Source: Dudresnaya verticillata (Eukaryota). From it: a stretch of 64,000 nucleotides of DNA. The stretch spans positions 1,984,001-2,048,000 of the forward strand of contig OZ374561.1 in assembly GCA_977862235.1 (NCBI GenBank), given 5' to 3'. Shown here in pieces: positions 22,347 to 34,400 of the stretch (position 1 is the stretch's first letter; the number at the start of each line of letters is the position of its first letter). Under the pieces are notes generated by a model, which worked only from the letters and a program-made list of their open reading frames with translations, was not told where the DNA came from and did no database searches. A program made the translations under genes and the position numbers.

Positions 22347-24270
22347 ACGGGAGGATGGGGGGGTGAGGAGGGAGGGGAGATGGGGTGGGGGTAGGAAGGA
22401 GAGGGGGGATGGGGGTAAGGGCGGTGCGGGGACTAAGGGGAGGCGGTGTGGGCGGCCGGACGGGGTGGGTGTAGGGAGGGCCGATGAAGGGCAAGAAACG
22501 GGGCGATGCGGGGGGGTAGCGCGCTGTATGGGGTTTGCGGGGTGGGGGGTGGGGGGGGGGGGTGGGGGAAGGGGGCGGTGCGGTGCAGCGGTTTAGGGGG
22601 TGGGTGGGCGAAAAAGTGGGAAATGCGAAAAGAGAAGGCGGGCCAGTGGGGCGTGGGTGCGGCAAGTGGCCGTTCGAGCAGTTCGCTGCGCCACGGGCAG
22701 GTCTGGGCGTGCGGGTTGTCTAAGGGGTACACGTACGTGGCGCCTGCAGCGCCCAACGCATTTGAATTACCGCGGCGGCCGAGCCACGTCCCGACAGTAG
22801 CCACCGGCGCACCTCGGCGCGCGCGGCTGTAAGCAGAGGCGGCGGCTGCGCGCACACGCCGCGCGCTCCGATACGGCTCCGCCGGCGCTTCTCGGCGCAG
22901 CCGGATCTCGGCGGGGCGCTGCGCGGCGCCATGTTGGTGGCCAACTTTATTGCCCGCTGCGCGCGCCCACAGCGCGTTCCGCTCCCCCACAGCGCCTCCG
23001 GAGCGCGTGTAACGACTCTTCCGGGCCTCGCCCTCCAATTATCGATCACACACCGCACCGCCCCTCTGCGTGTCGTAGCCACGTGTTTTATCCCCGTGCG
23101 AATCATGTCCACTGCCGTTCCCCGCGTACCATCCCTGTTTCCAGCCGTAATAACCCCTCCGAACAAGGCCGAGCAAGCCCGAGCAAGCCCGAACAAGCCC
23201 AGCGTCACGAGTAGTAGATCTCGTCTACAGTGCCTACTGTACTGTTCAGTACAAAGTTCGTGAGCCACTGTGAACAAGCCCTTCTCCCAGACAACTTCTC
23301 GACCGCTCCCCCGCTTCTCCCACATATACAACGACAGTGCAGCAACACTGCCCTAAGGTAAACCCAACTTTTATAAAAGTTATTCCACTTCGCTCTTGGG
23401 AGCTTCGCTCTCGCCGGAGCTTCGCTCTCGCCCTTCGTTGCGCCCTTCCTTCCTTCTCGAACCCGCCTGGCTACACCCCAATGGCTATCCCTCACTATAT
23501 CCTTCCGGGAAAAACAACAAAAAAAAAAAAAGGGAAACGAAAGCACGACAACTTTATTCTTCCCTACTACCGCATCATTATCGTCCAATAATCCCCAGCG
23601 TCCCTCGCTGCAGTCCCCGACCAGCGCACCCCGCCCACGGCCTCCGCCTGCAATGTCGCACGTACCTACTCTTTTGGGGACACCCAGGAGCAGCACCCCA
23701 CCCTCCACCCTAGCCTGCCTGAATTCGACCACGCAGGAACCCACTCTGCCCCATCTAAGGTTAGCCGCATCCCAGCCGGTCCCAGCGCGCGTCCGCCAGT
23801 GACACCTTCGGCTCATCGCCACAGCCACGCTGGGGCCGACCCAGCCCCAGCAGAAACCTCATTGGCACCAAAATTTTCAGACCGCTCCCCTGCGATATGT
23901 TTTTTGACTCATGCAGCCTCGCCCAATTTCCTGCCCAGACCGCCCCCCTGCACCCCCACTCTCTCCCGACCCCTGCCACTCGCCTAGCCTCCTCTTCCTC
24001 CACATCGCATCCCCTCCAGCCGCATATTCACCCGATGCCGCAGTAGCCCTCGGGAGCACGTCTCTGGCTCTCCCTCCTCCTCTTTCTCCCACCCGCTTCA
24101 ATCCTTCCGAGCACGGATGCCTCACTCCGCCCTTTTTGACCTTGACGTTTCGCTGGTCGCTGGACTTGCAAACATTCCATATTCTTCGTGAACGCCTCAA
24201 CCGTACTTAGCATTACGTCGCGCCCGGCTCTGCTGCCCACCTCGCTTCCGTCCCACCACTCGCCCTTACC

Positions 24271-25530
24271 ATGCAGGGACAGCCCTACGAACCCAACGTC
24301 CGCATTCCCTACTCCAAATGGGCGCAACACCGCGCAGACAACGGCCTTATCTATCTAGCCCACCCCATCACTGGCGAAGTCAAGTGGCTCTGGTCTCGTC
24401 ATCATGATCCGAAGACCTCCAACGACTACTTGGTCAACACCGTCACCGGTGATCGTCAATGGGTTACCCCTCAGAATGAGCACCTCTGTCCGGTCAAACC
24501 GGCGAATGCAGAGACGTCTTCCTCCACAGCCTCGCGTCCGGAAGCTGCCTCCACGAATCCGTTTTCCAATGCCTCCAAATCCCCACAGAAGGCTGTCCCA
24601 AAGCAACAGGGCAAGCCCGCCAATACGGGATATCGGGAAATCGCTGCTCCTTCATCGTTGGGACTCACAGCTGACGAGGCGCTGATGCTAGTGCCGGAGA
24701 CAGGGAGACGATACATTTTCAACAAGAAAACGAAGACCTCGCGCTGGCTGCCCGACCGTCCGCCAGACACGATAGCAAGTGAGGCCCCTTCTAAAGGGCT
24801 GTTCGGTCGCGGCAAGAATCCAAAGCCAACTTCCTCCCCCTTTGATGATGACGATGATGATGAAATTGCAGCCCAATTGAAAGATCGGTTTGCATCGCCT
24901 GGGCTTAGAGCAGTTGCCAGTTCTAATACCCATGGGGGCCGCAGCAGCGGAAATCCTTCACCTACCCAAGTTGGGCAGAGCGGAGCTTCGAGGACCTCGG
25001 GGGCAGTGCCAGTGCAGGGCATCCGCAGTCAAGTTCCACGTGTTCCGAACAGCTATCCTCCAAGAGCAGGTGCTCAACGTCGTCCGCATGTGCCTCCGAG
25101 CGGGCCAGAACAAAACCACTATCGAGCGGCAGTTCCAACATACGCTGCTGAAGAAGCAGCAAGAATGATCCAAACCGCACTCCGGTATCATATCGTCAAA
25201 CGCGGAAATGTGTTGGGCAAGCTTCGCATCCTAACAAACGTGCTAGCCGATGTCCGGGAAATAACAACCTCAGGAAAGTATGACATGAAACACCTTCGTT
25301 CAATTGTCGAAAACAGACTTGAAAGAAGGGCCGATGCTCCAGAAGTCCAAGACGGCGCACAGCGTTTACTGGAGCTTGAGGAATACCTAACGCAACAAAT
25401 GCTTAAGGTTGATGCTGTGGAGAGTGCTGGCAATCAGCTAGTACGTGGAAAACGAAAGCTTAGCGTTAAGGTGATTTTGGATCTTACGGATGAGGTTGAC
25501 GTATTGCGGAAGAAGCTGAAGAAGATGTAA
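24271..25530 (+). CDS. BAG-domain co-chaperone with WW-like repeats and an IQ motif
   Basis: WW-like KWAQHRADNGLIYLAHPITGEVKW, WSRHHDPKTSNDYLVNTVTGDRQWVTP and PETGRRYIFNKKTKTSRWLP; IQ AARMIQTALRYH; BAG LEEYLTQQMLKVDAVES...VRGKRKLSVKVI. Confidence 0.85.
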   Translation: MQGQPYEPNVRIPYSKWAQHRADNGLIYLAHPITGEVKWLWSRHHDPKTSNDYLVNTVTGDRQWVTPQNEHLCPVKPANAETSSSTASRPEAASTNPFSNASKSPQKAVPKQQGKPANTGYREIAAPSSLGLTADEALMLVPETGRRYIFNKKTKTSRWLPDRPPDTIASEAPSKGLFGRGKNPKPTSSPFDDDDDDEIAAQLKDRFASPGLRAVASSNTHGGRSSGNPSPTQVGQSGASRTSGAVPVQGIRSQVPRVPNSYPPRAGAQRRPHVPPSGPEQNHYRAAVPTYAAEEAARMIQTALRYHIVKRGNVLGKLRILTNVLADVREITTSGKYDMKHLRSIVENRLERRADAPEVQDGAQRLLELEEYLTQQMLKVDAVESAGNQLVRGKRKLSVKVILDLTDEVDVLRKKLKKM

Positions 25531-26848
25531 AGAAAGGTAAGCAGCAGGATTGTCTGTTTTGAGGGTAGGCTTCCTGACATTGTATAGAAACTACAACCAA
25601 CAACGGCGCGCGCAAGTACAGAGGGCTGTAACGTTACGCCTGCGGCGTCGTTACCTCCATACAAGCGATCCAAACAGTCTAGGCAGGTGAAGGAGATAAA
25701 TCCTAGCGGCACCACACTCGAAGTGAACCTACACTGCGCACTGCATCAAGGGTAGTACTATTTAGGAAATCCCAACTGTCGTCGAAGGACCCAGTGAGAT
25801 AAGAAAACTTCTGAAAATATCTAATGTGATAGTCGATGCAATTGCTGTGGAGAGTGAGCAACGCTCGGTATCATCGAACAGAGGAATTTCTTTCTGCTTG
25901 TTAGCAGCGTTTATGCGAGGGGTTACACTTCAAGCGTGGAGCCGGAACGGCATCACACCACCCTAAATGCCATACCAAGTGGTGTGTGGACTAGCGTTAC
26001 ACAGCTTGACGGAGTTCCACCAAACTTGTTACGTTCGAGTACTTGCGGAATCGGCGGAAGGCTTGCACTTTTGGTATTTGAGTGCTGTGTGTCTTCTCAA
26101 CTTCCCTTCAAATATTAACAACAAATCCCTGGCTGCGATGAGTGTCCGAAAGCAAATCCGTTTGAAATCGCTTTGAAAGCGCCAGAAGTGACTTGCCACA
26201 GAAAAATGAGAACGCCAAAGCGTTTCATACTATCGCCACGGAAAGCAGCCTTTTCCATATCCCTTCCCAATGGGTCTATGCTTCTCTTCAGTAAAATGCA
26301 AACGATGGCTACGGAGAGCTTCATGTTCAGCTAAAACTGGCGACTCTTCTCACTGACATAGGACATTTCCTGTCAACTCAACAGACAAAGTAGGTTCGGG
26401 GAGCGAAGACCAAAAATCCTCTCCAATCCCGAAACTGCTGCATATATAGACATCCAAATGCGTGATAATATCACCGATCTCGATATGATCACATGTCAAA
26501 GTCTCCAGAGAAGCCTGCCCAGCAACTTCTACTCTCCTTACGCGGCGCGGCATGCTTCCAATGCAACACCGGCAAAACACCGTCAGCACTTATCGTTATC
26601 AAAGCGCGAGCGAAACTGGCATTTTCCCTCTCCATATGTTCGCATGGTGTAGCACATGGATTTCCAGGCCGAAGAGGACCGGCACAAACTCAGGCTAACC
26701 TGTGAAATTTCCCCGCAAAGAGTTCCCACTGCAGCCATTGCAAGAGTCATGTTGTCCGACATCAGAACTGGAGAGCGAGTTGCTGAACAAATTAGGAGAG
26801 AGGCTTTCGATACATTCTGAGTCTTCTCGGGCAAGATCCGACGCATTC

Positions 26849-27791
26849 CTACGTACCAGCTTCCCGCAGAGCATGGTTTGGTTCGTCAATCTCATGCTGT
26901 CCACCGATAAATAGAATGTCTTGGTCCGTGCCAAACGCTAAACGAGCTTCTTCGAGAACATCCCCTGATATGACACATGTATCTCGCAGTGCAGCCGGGT
27001 CCTTCATCAAAAATCTGTCGCTAAGTGGTTCGTATGCATATAGCAAGACGTAATGACCTAAGAAGCCCGGAGCACTTCTGCTAGGAAAAAGACTTCTTGT
27101 TTGAGCACCAGATCGATCATCACATAGTGTGCACCTCAACAGTCTCTTGTCCAAAAGGACGAGGACCAAGTTCTTCTGTTCGCATACGGCATCTCGAATC
27201 TCTGAAAGACGCACTGACCTCTCAACAACTCGCACACCGTCACCTTCTGCATTCATGAACAGCTCGTTGACTCGTTTTGTATCTTCCGGCAGTTGACGTC
27301 GATAAAACTCTTGTTTTCGGTACTCCGGGCGTACGCCTTTCGTAACAGTGAAGAACGTGGCTTGAATAGAATACCGCCGCAGCAGGTATGCAATGTCAAT
27401 ACTCCATACGCTATCCGTAGAGCAAGTCTTTCGTAACTCCCAGAACGAAACCTGTGCTTCTTGGCATTGTGCCATTTGGTCAGACAAAAAGGCGAAACAA
27501 ACTGCGATTAAGCGGCACGGTTTCAAAACGCTAGGGCCTTACCTTTTTGACTCCTCTCGCCCGCAGAGCCATTTCGACACAGGCCAACCCACAGTCCCAT
27601 GAGTATGACTGACCGACATACGATACAGCAGACTTGTGATGCCTTATGCACTGCTTCACAGCTTCATCCGCCGCTCTAGAAATATCTGAGCGGGTCTCCA
27701 GCAGGCCCTGACCTGCACTTACTGAGCTAGGTTGCGACTCCCGTCGATGACGATCAGTGTGCGGCATGGTGTTCGGCCATGAAAAGGTCAT
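26849..27791 (-). CDS. GUCD1: GUCD1/AtGC1 family protein (C39-like fold), two exons (27543-27791 and 26849-27451); start could be 27767
   Basis: Exon 1 QSYSWDCGLACVEMAL joins in phase 0 to exon 2 VSFWEL...SVWSIDIAYLL...GHYVLL...ARLAFGTDQDILFI. Confidence 0.88.
27452..27542 (-). other. Spliceosomal intron (91 nt) in GUCD1
   Basis: AAG|GTAAGG ... GCACAG|GTT on the minus strand; joins the two homologous halves in frame. Confidence 0.85.
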
Positions 27792-28439
27792 TGCATGCAA
27801 TTAGAAAAGCAAGTGGGGAATCGGAGCCAGCAGGAGAGAGCTCGCCAAAGGGTCACGTGCGGAGCCCAAACAACGGCTTCTTGCGAGCGGGGTTCAGTCC
27901 TTCGTCACTGACTCGTGCCCGCTGCAACAGATTAGGTCATGAAATGACTGTTGCGATGATGCATTGCAGAGCGACCCGTGAGCGTACTCGTCTTGGTGGC
28001 TGTGGCTGCGACTGCGCCTCAGACCTACACCTGCGAGCGCGGAATCCGACTGGTGTAGGAAAGATGCCGCTCTCGGCACCGTGCAGCTTCTTATGAGCTG
28101 ACGAACGAAAAGAAATACCTGTAAGCATAGTTCTGTAAGATGCGGTCGATACGTTACAGTTCTCTTCAAATAAGTCTTCGACCCGCGGCACGGCTACCGG
28201 CTACCAGCTGGCAACCGAATACTGCACCACGCAAGCAATGATCCTTCCTTTTCTCTACACTTCGCAAAGGTAAGGCTGCCTTTGAAACTGGCACGCGTGC
28301 GTGAACTTTACAAAGTATCCCTTTCCCAAGATGGTCCTAAAGCGAGTATGCTAACTTCTGGGAGTTTGCAAGCACCATCATGTACCTGAAGACCGTATTA
28401 AATTTCCAATTGCTCCTTGATTTCCTAGTGACACTAGCT

Positions 28440-31063
28440 TCAAGACAATGACGGCTTGCTTCGGAGCCCCGAGCCTACGTGACTTAGCAATGACTTCAAA
28501 GACTTACGATTTGCTGAGTTCGGCGCTGTGTTCTCTTCAGAAGCTAGTCTCAATAACTTTCGGCTACGTCGATTGGGAGATGGGGGAGTTGCTTCCTCGG
28601 ATGATTTCTTGCGTAGTAGGCCCTTCAGACCATTACTAGACGGTGATGCAATAGCTGCATCCTCTGTCTGCGGAATCCGTGGGAGAGCATCGTTAGCTCG
28701 TGATTTTTCTGAAAGAACCAAACCCCTCCCGGACTCTGGCTTCTCGCTTTTCCATACCTCATCTATGACACTCGCGGGCGACTCGAGATTAAAATCCTCA
28801 ATAGAACATTGCCTCTGCAAGAGTTCTCCAACTCCAGAACCCCTTTCGTTCTTGGAACCTCCTTTTCCTCCAAGTTTTGTAAGAATTGTTGATGCCCGCA
28901 CTCTTCCCCTCCCTCCCTTTTTGCGAACTTCAGCTTTGGATTGCTCATGCTTGTTCTTTGTCCCGAGTTCAGCTTTTTCGCGTTCTTCATCTATCCTTCG
29001 AAATGCTTCTAAATCCTTCATCTTCTCTTCGATTCGTTTATCAAGGCATCTCGATACTCCTGAAACGTCCGTATCCAAGTCTCCTTGAAGCATGCATAGA
29101 GCTTCTTGGAACCCTTCTTCTTCGTTGCAAATCGGAGCAAGCTGATGTATCATCTGTGCCAGTCTCAGCCTCACATTGCAAACATTGTCGCGTGCCAACT
29201 TGAGAAGCTTGTCAACAAACAACTTTGCGAACAGATTCGCACTGAAAAGGTCCAGCGCTGCAACCGCACAGTCAATAAAAGCAATTCGCATCCAATACAC
29301 ACCACCCTCACCCCATTCTTCTTGGAAGCTTTGCATAATCCTTTCTCGATCAGCTGGTACTGGAATACACCAAATAGCTCTTGCAATAGCTACCATCGCA
29401 GCTTTCCTGACAAGATAGGTGCTCTCCTCAGCCATTCGATACAATAGCGGGAGAACATGGTCTGTTAGGCAACTTGGAGGGACCATTGGCGATACCCTTT
29501 CTAGTTGTTTTGCGAGAAGCTCTTGGGTCCTCCATGAATCCGTTGAGAAGATCTTCAAGCTTCCGAAGATTGTTGAAAGCTTTTTATCCGAGCGACCTCC
29601 CATCTCGGGATCACTCTTCAACGAAGAAATTAACTCGAACAGGTGTTCAAGTGCATTCGTTCGAACCAAAGGATTTGAGTCTTGCAGAAGAGCTTCAGCA
29701 GTTCTAAACAGGTTATCAGCAGAATTCTTGCACATCAAGAACCTAGTGGTTTCATGCATCCCAGCGGCCAAGTTCCATCTTGTCTCAGGGTCAGAGTCTT
29801 TGGAGAGAAATTCGGCAATCCCAGAAAGATCAGACTTAAAGGAATATCCAAGACTCTTTGCTATTCCCGGAAAGTTGTATGCACAATACCGCCGCACAAT
29901 TGGCCCGTTGCACGTGGCCATTGACAGGAATGCACCAAACGCTTCAGCCGTCCCTGTTTCTTCGTTGAGGTACTGGTGCACCGCAAAAACGAAGGGACCA
30001 AAAACCTCAGACACAATTTCCAAAAGCAGGTAGGTGTCATCGTCAACTTTCCGTTGGTCCTGCCCTGAAGCGTGTCTGGCAAATTCACACTCTTTAGCAA
30101 ACACTGGGGGAAGAAGGTGTTGGAAAAGAGGAGAGGATTTCCGGTGTTTTTTGTGCACTTCTGCAATGTGAGCAATTGTTTGAAGTGTTGCCGCATGGAC
30201 TCTGGCGTCTGTATCTCGAAGCAGGGAGAGCAGTTTAGGCCAAACCCGTGCCTCCACAACATCAATCTCAATGACCGCTCCAATAAATGCTAAAGATTCT
30301 GAAACCATTCCTCGAACTTCAATGTCTTGGTCGTCTGCAAGTTGTAGTGCTCTATTCAGGACATATGTTTCAACTTCTACCGTGCTTAGACAAGAGGAGA
30401 ATGATCCCAAGACCCGTGCAACGAGTTTTCGGCAAACAGCATCGTTTGAAATCGAAAAGTCATCGATAATCGCTATTACAGACGATATGTCATTGTTATT
30501 CCATTGAACCTGTGGCAATGCAATCACGAGAATTTCTGCCCACGCTTCAAAAATGTTCGGCGATCTTGTTCGGGTAATGACGTCAAACGCAGCATCACAG
30601 ATTATCTTCGAAGTCTCTCCAGATAATGTTTTTTGAGAGACTTGCTGTAGAGACTCCGATACAGAGATTTGAAGATCGTATGACCAGCTCGCAACTAATT
30701 TGCACAAAACTGGAACCATTACCTCTAAGGTCTCTTCGAAGAAGTGCTCTAGCAACTGATGTAGCTCGAACAAGATAACAGTTCGTTGCGAATCCGAGCC
30801 TGTTTCAAGGATCTCGGTCATCTGAGAGACAGTGAAAACGGGTTCATCAGTGATTCCTTCGACCTCGTCGATATGCGGAGAAGGCTTCTACGCTCCAAGA
30901 AAGGCAGAAAAAAACATGATTAGCAGTCTGCTACACTCCAGAAAAGAAATGTTTTTGTTTGATACTGGCTGATGGGCTCGGCAAAGAAGATTTGATTTTG
31001 TGAAGTAGACCATACCTCCAGAGGGGCTTCTGTTCGGGGGAAAGCTTCACTCTCAGGATCCAT
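28440..31063 (-). CDS. HEAT-repeat Ser/Thr phosphatase regulatory scaffold, PP4R4-like (copy B), two exons (31016-31063 and 28440-30887)
   Basis: DDDTYLLLEIVSEVFG, CNGPIVRRYCAYNFPGI, DSWRTQELLAKQ, ESTYLVRKA, DNVCNVRLRL are collinear with copy A; 5' exon MDPESEAFPRTEAPLE. Confidence 0.8.
30888..31015 (-). other. Spliceosomal intron (128 nt) in copy B
   Basis: GAG|GTATGG donor, GCTAAT branch-like motif, pyrimidine run, CGTAG|AAG acceptor; phase 0 and in frame with the 793-aa ORF. Confidence 0.75.
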
Positions 31064-32076
31064 GTCTCCCAACGGGCCTTCCCCTTGGTGCAACGGACGA
31101 TCCCCTTGTTCTGTCGTTCACCACTTTCAAAACTACAACGAGATGAGCAGAGGTTCCAATCTACTCGAGAAAGATGATGTGGCGACGCGCGGCCTGAAAG
31201 TGTTGGCGTTCTGTATGTTTGAAAAGGGCTGATGTGTAGGGAGAAGCCGTTTCAGAGCTCGGTAGAATCGCGTCATGATTTTGCATGTTCATTACTAGTC
31301 GAGTATGGGTGACCTTCCAAAGATTTTCCCAGTCACGGATGTCTTGGTGAGACACGAAACTGCTCAAGTGGTGATGCGAGAAGCAACTTCACACGTAAAA
31401 GTCGTGATGACATTTTCAACAAGTACTTTTTTTCAAAAGCCTCCATCTGCTTGATGGTTGACACCTGTTGTACACTCGATTGATAGAAAAATGAGATAAA
31501 AAGCGGGCTCACACGAACAATATGTGAGATGCGTACCGCGTGTTTACTTCACTCAGTTGCTATTAGCGACAAGCAAGTCGCAGTCCAATGCAGACTTTCT
31601 GTACCTTGAAATTTCTCACAGCAGCTGTCGAAACATTCCAACAAGCAATTGTTGAAGGGCGAAAAAAACCCTGTTCTGATTTCCATTGCACTGATGGACA
31701 TTTGGAAGCAATAGAAAACTCGCGGCAGCTGTTCCAGTGGCTGTCTGTGCTTATGTAGTTCTGCGTCGTCGTTTGTCTTCTTTTTTTTCTTTCTCTTTTT
31801 TTCGTAGGTGCTACAAAACTTGTAATGCAGTTTGCTCTGCTGTGCTCTGCAAGGCATCTACAAGATGTCTGGAGATCGGATTAGTTTCGGAATTTGAAGA
31901 AAACTCGGACCTCGACGAAAGCGTAGGGTGAGACATTGCGACGAAATTACATATGCGTTAGTACTGGGGATAAAATGTGTTTACCTTAGTTTCTGTTTAG
32001 TTATACAGATTAGTACTTTGCGGAAGACTGGCATTACCAAGCTGTGACTCGGGATGCAACATTCAAGAATGCGGGG

Positions 32077-32829
32077 TCATTTCCTTCTGAGCTTGTCGTA
32101 CATGTGGTTCTTCGAGTTCTTGCCCCGCCTAGCGGCATAATCGGTTGGACTGGAAGTTATGAGGGCGTCCCTTGGTTCCCTCCTCGGAGTGGGCGAAGCG
32201 GGGTTCCTCGTCGCGGAATCCAGTGGGAAAAACGGGGTTGTATCCGTCGAGTCGCGTGAGCGAAGCGAGTAGCCGTCGGATGCAAAAATAATATTGTCGG
32301 AGTCGGCGTCACGACACGCGCTAACAAAGGTGTCGCTAATATCCACGCGTTGGCGCTTTCGCGGGTTGACATGCAGCTTGCGGATGTCCGAGACGAGCGG
32401 GTCGTCGCGGGGGATGTAGGCGACGGGGGTGGTAGCTTGGTGCGGGTGGGTGTGTTGCGGTTGCGGTTGCGGTTGTGGCTGTGGCTCCCGTTGCGGGTCG
32501 GGTTGCGGGGGCTGCGGCTGTGGGGTTTGCGGCGGCGGCGGGTGCTGCGCAGGCGGGTCTGGCTCGCGCGGATCCACCCGCGGGCGCAGGGCGGCCAGCT
32601 CTGCCGAGCAGAAGTTCATGAGGTCGGCCGGGGTGAACGGGTCGGACGAGCGCGAGCGGCGCGCGGCCCACTCCATAATGCGCATGTACGCGGCGCGCGA
32701 GCCCGAGTCGCGGGCGTCGCGCTCGGCCGCCACGGCCTGCTTGTACAGCGACGCGAGGGCGTTGGCGGTGTGGATGAAGGGCTGGCGCAGGGCGGTGCGC
32801 GAGCCGTTGGCGGCGTCTGCGGGGTCCAT
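32077..32829 (-). CDS. HAPSTR1/C16orf72 (DUF4588)-like protein
   Basis: LRQPFIHTANALASLYKQAV...AYMRIMEWA...DLMNFC resembles HAPSTR1 'LWVPFQNAATAVTNLYKES...W...DLISFL'; PQ-rich linker; NLS-like PRKRQR and terminal KLRRK; ATG at 32829. Confidence 0.6.
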   Translation of the reverse strand: MDPADAANGSRTALRQPFIHTANALASLYKQAVAAERDARDSGSRAAYMRIMEWAARRSRSSDPFTPADLMNFCSAELAALRPRVDPREPDPPAQHPPPPQTPQPQPPQPDPQREPQPQPQPQPQHTHPHQATTPVAYIPRDDPLVSDIRKLHVNPRKRQRVDISDTFVSACRDADSDNIIFASDGYSLRSRDSTDTTPFFPLDSATRNPASPTPRREPRDALITSSPTDYAARRGKNSKNHMYDKLRRK

Positions 32830-33030
32830 TTGCGGTTGCGGTTGCGGCGGCGGCGGCGGTTGTGAGATGTGTGCGGACGGGGCGGAATTGGCGGGGGCGG
32901 GGTGCGGACGGCACGGGCGGCGGGCGGCGCGGGCGGCGCGGGCGGCGGGGGAGGGGGGCAGGGGGCGCGGGAGACGGGGGCGCGACGGCGCGGGGCGGTT
33001 GAAATAGGAAGGCGGAGGAGGAGGCCGAGC

Positions 33031-33049
33031 GGGGGGGGGGGGGGGGGGG
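33031..33049. repeat. G19 homopolymer upstream of the HAPSTR1-like gene
   Basis: 19 consecutive G. Confidence 0.95.
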
Positions 33050-34400
33050 CGGGGGCGGGGTGCGGAAGACAAAGTGGAGGGCTACGCGCGGCGGGCGTGG
33101 GACGAGGAGGGTGGGCGTGAGGGGTAACTGGGCAGCGCCATGAACAGTAACCGCGCGGTCAGCGGCTCAGTGGCCGCGGGGATGACTGTGTGCTTTTTCG
33201 CGCGGCGGTTGCGTGGTGCGCGCGCAACGAACGAGCGCAGCTGTTTTTTCTTTTCGGCTTGTTCTCAGCCCGTGAATCCGCCTCCACCCCGCACCCGGAA
33301 CAGCTGCGCCCCCCCACGTGTTCGCGTCACCACTCGCCCGGATTTTCGCGTCTTACACTGTAAGTCGCCTCGCGGCTCATCTGGGACCGCTCGGTAGCCG
33401 TCTCCGTCTCGCCGGCGGCGAGCGGTGCTGCACGCGGCCGCCGTTCCGTTTCGAGCAACCGCGCGCGGTGCGGCTCTGCACACGGTGCGCACCGTCGTTG
33501 GGCGCAGCTCAACGTGCAAGCTGCCTTGCGGATGGATGCCCTTCGGATGCGCTGCAGATGCCCTGCAGATGTGCGCAATGCGTGCTCCGACGCCCGCGCA
33601 CTGCACCGGCCAGGGCGCGGCTACACCTTGCGGGCGACGCATGCACCATCTCGCCTCAGCGCGCGGGCCGATCGCTGATTCGCGCACCGGCTATCTTACT
33701 GCTTTCCGGCCAATGCGCGGCGCGGCGGCGCGCAATGCTTGTGGCAACGTGGAAAGCAAGGAAACACTTCCGTGCTGTTGACGCGCAGTTGATCCCTATG
33801 ATATCGCCAATCTTTCCCCGACAATCACCGCGCAGAGCGAGCGACACAGCGGTGCCACACACAGACAAACAACTGTTACAGCAACTGGAGCAACGCAACG
33901 CAAGCGCGGGGGCAGCTCCCCCTTCACGCGCGAGCACGCGCGCAAACGAGTTGGCGACGCCGGCGACCGCCGCAAACGCGCGTGTGTCGCGCGCGAGAGC
34001 CCCGGAAACCCGCGAAAAACAACTTTTTGCGCGCCCCTCAGTCAATTTCCACCCTTTGTTTCTTGTTGCCGTTGTATGGTTCGTGCCCATAATCTCGTCT
34101 TTTGTCAGTTGTTGTCAGTCCAGCCTCCGAACGGATGACTCTTGCATTCAGAGCACCCCTTCCGCCGCGTCCGAGCCAGTGCAACCCCCGCGCCATGACC
34201 AAACCCCGCGCCCGTCTCGTCTGCCTCGCGTCTGCCCTACCCCGCCAATTCCACGTCCCGTCAAACAGCAATCTGCCGCAACGTTCCAAACCCCTCACCC
34301 CCTCGCCCCCGCTCCGACCATGCCTGTCCCCGTCTACCCTCTCTAGAGTCCCGTACCTCGCGCAACCACCCCACCATCCGTCGCTACGCCTACTCGCAGT

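Noticed and set aside
13661..25530. SGT1 and BAG co-chaperones as a functional cluster
   Set aside because: Separated by unrelated genes; this proximity is unremarkable in a compact eukaryotic genome
33318..34346. 342-aa ORF between the HAPSTR1-like gene and copy C
   Set aside because: Non-ATG start, lies in a GC-rich divergent promoter, no motifs
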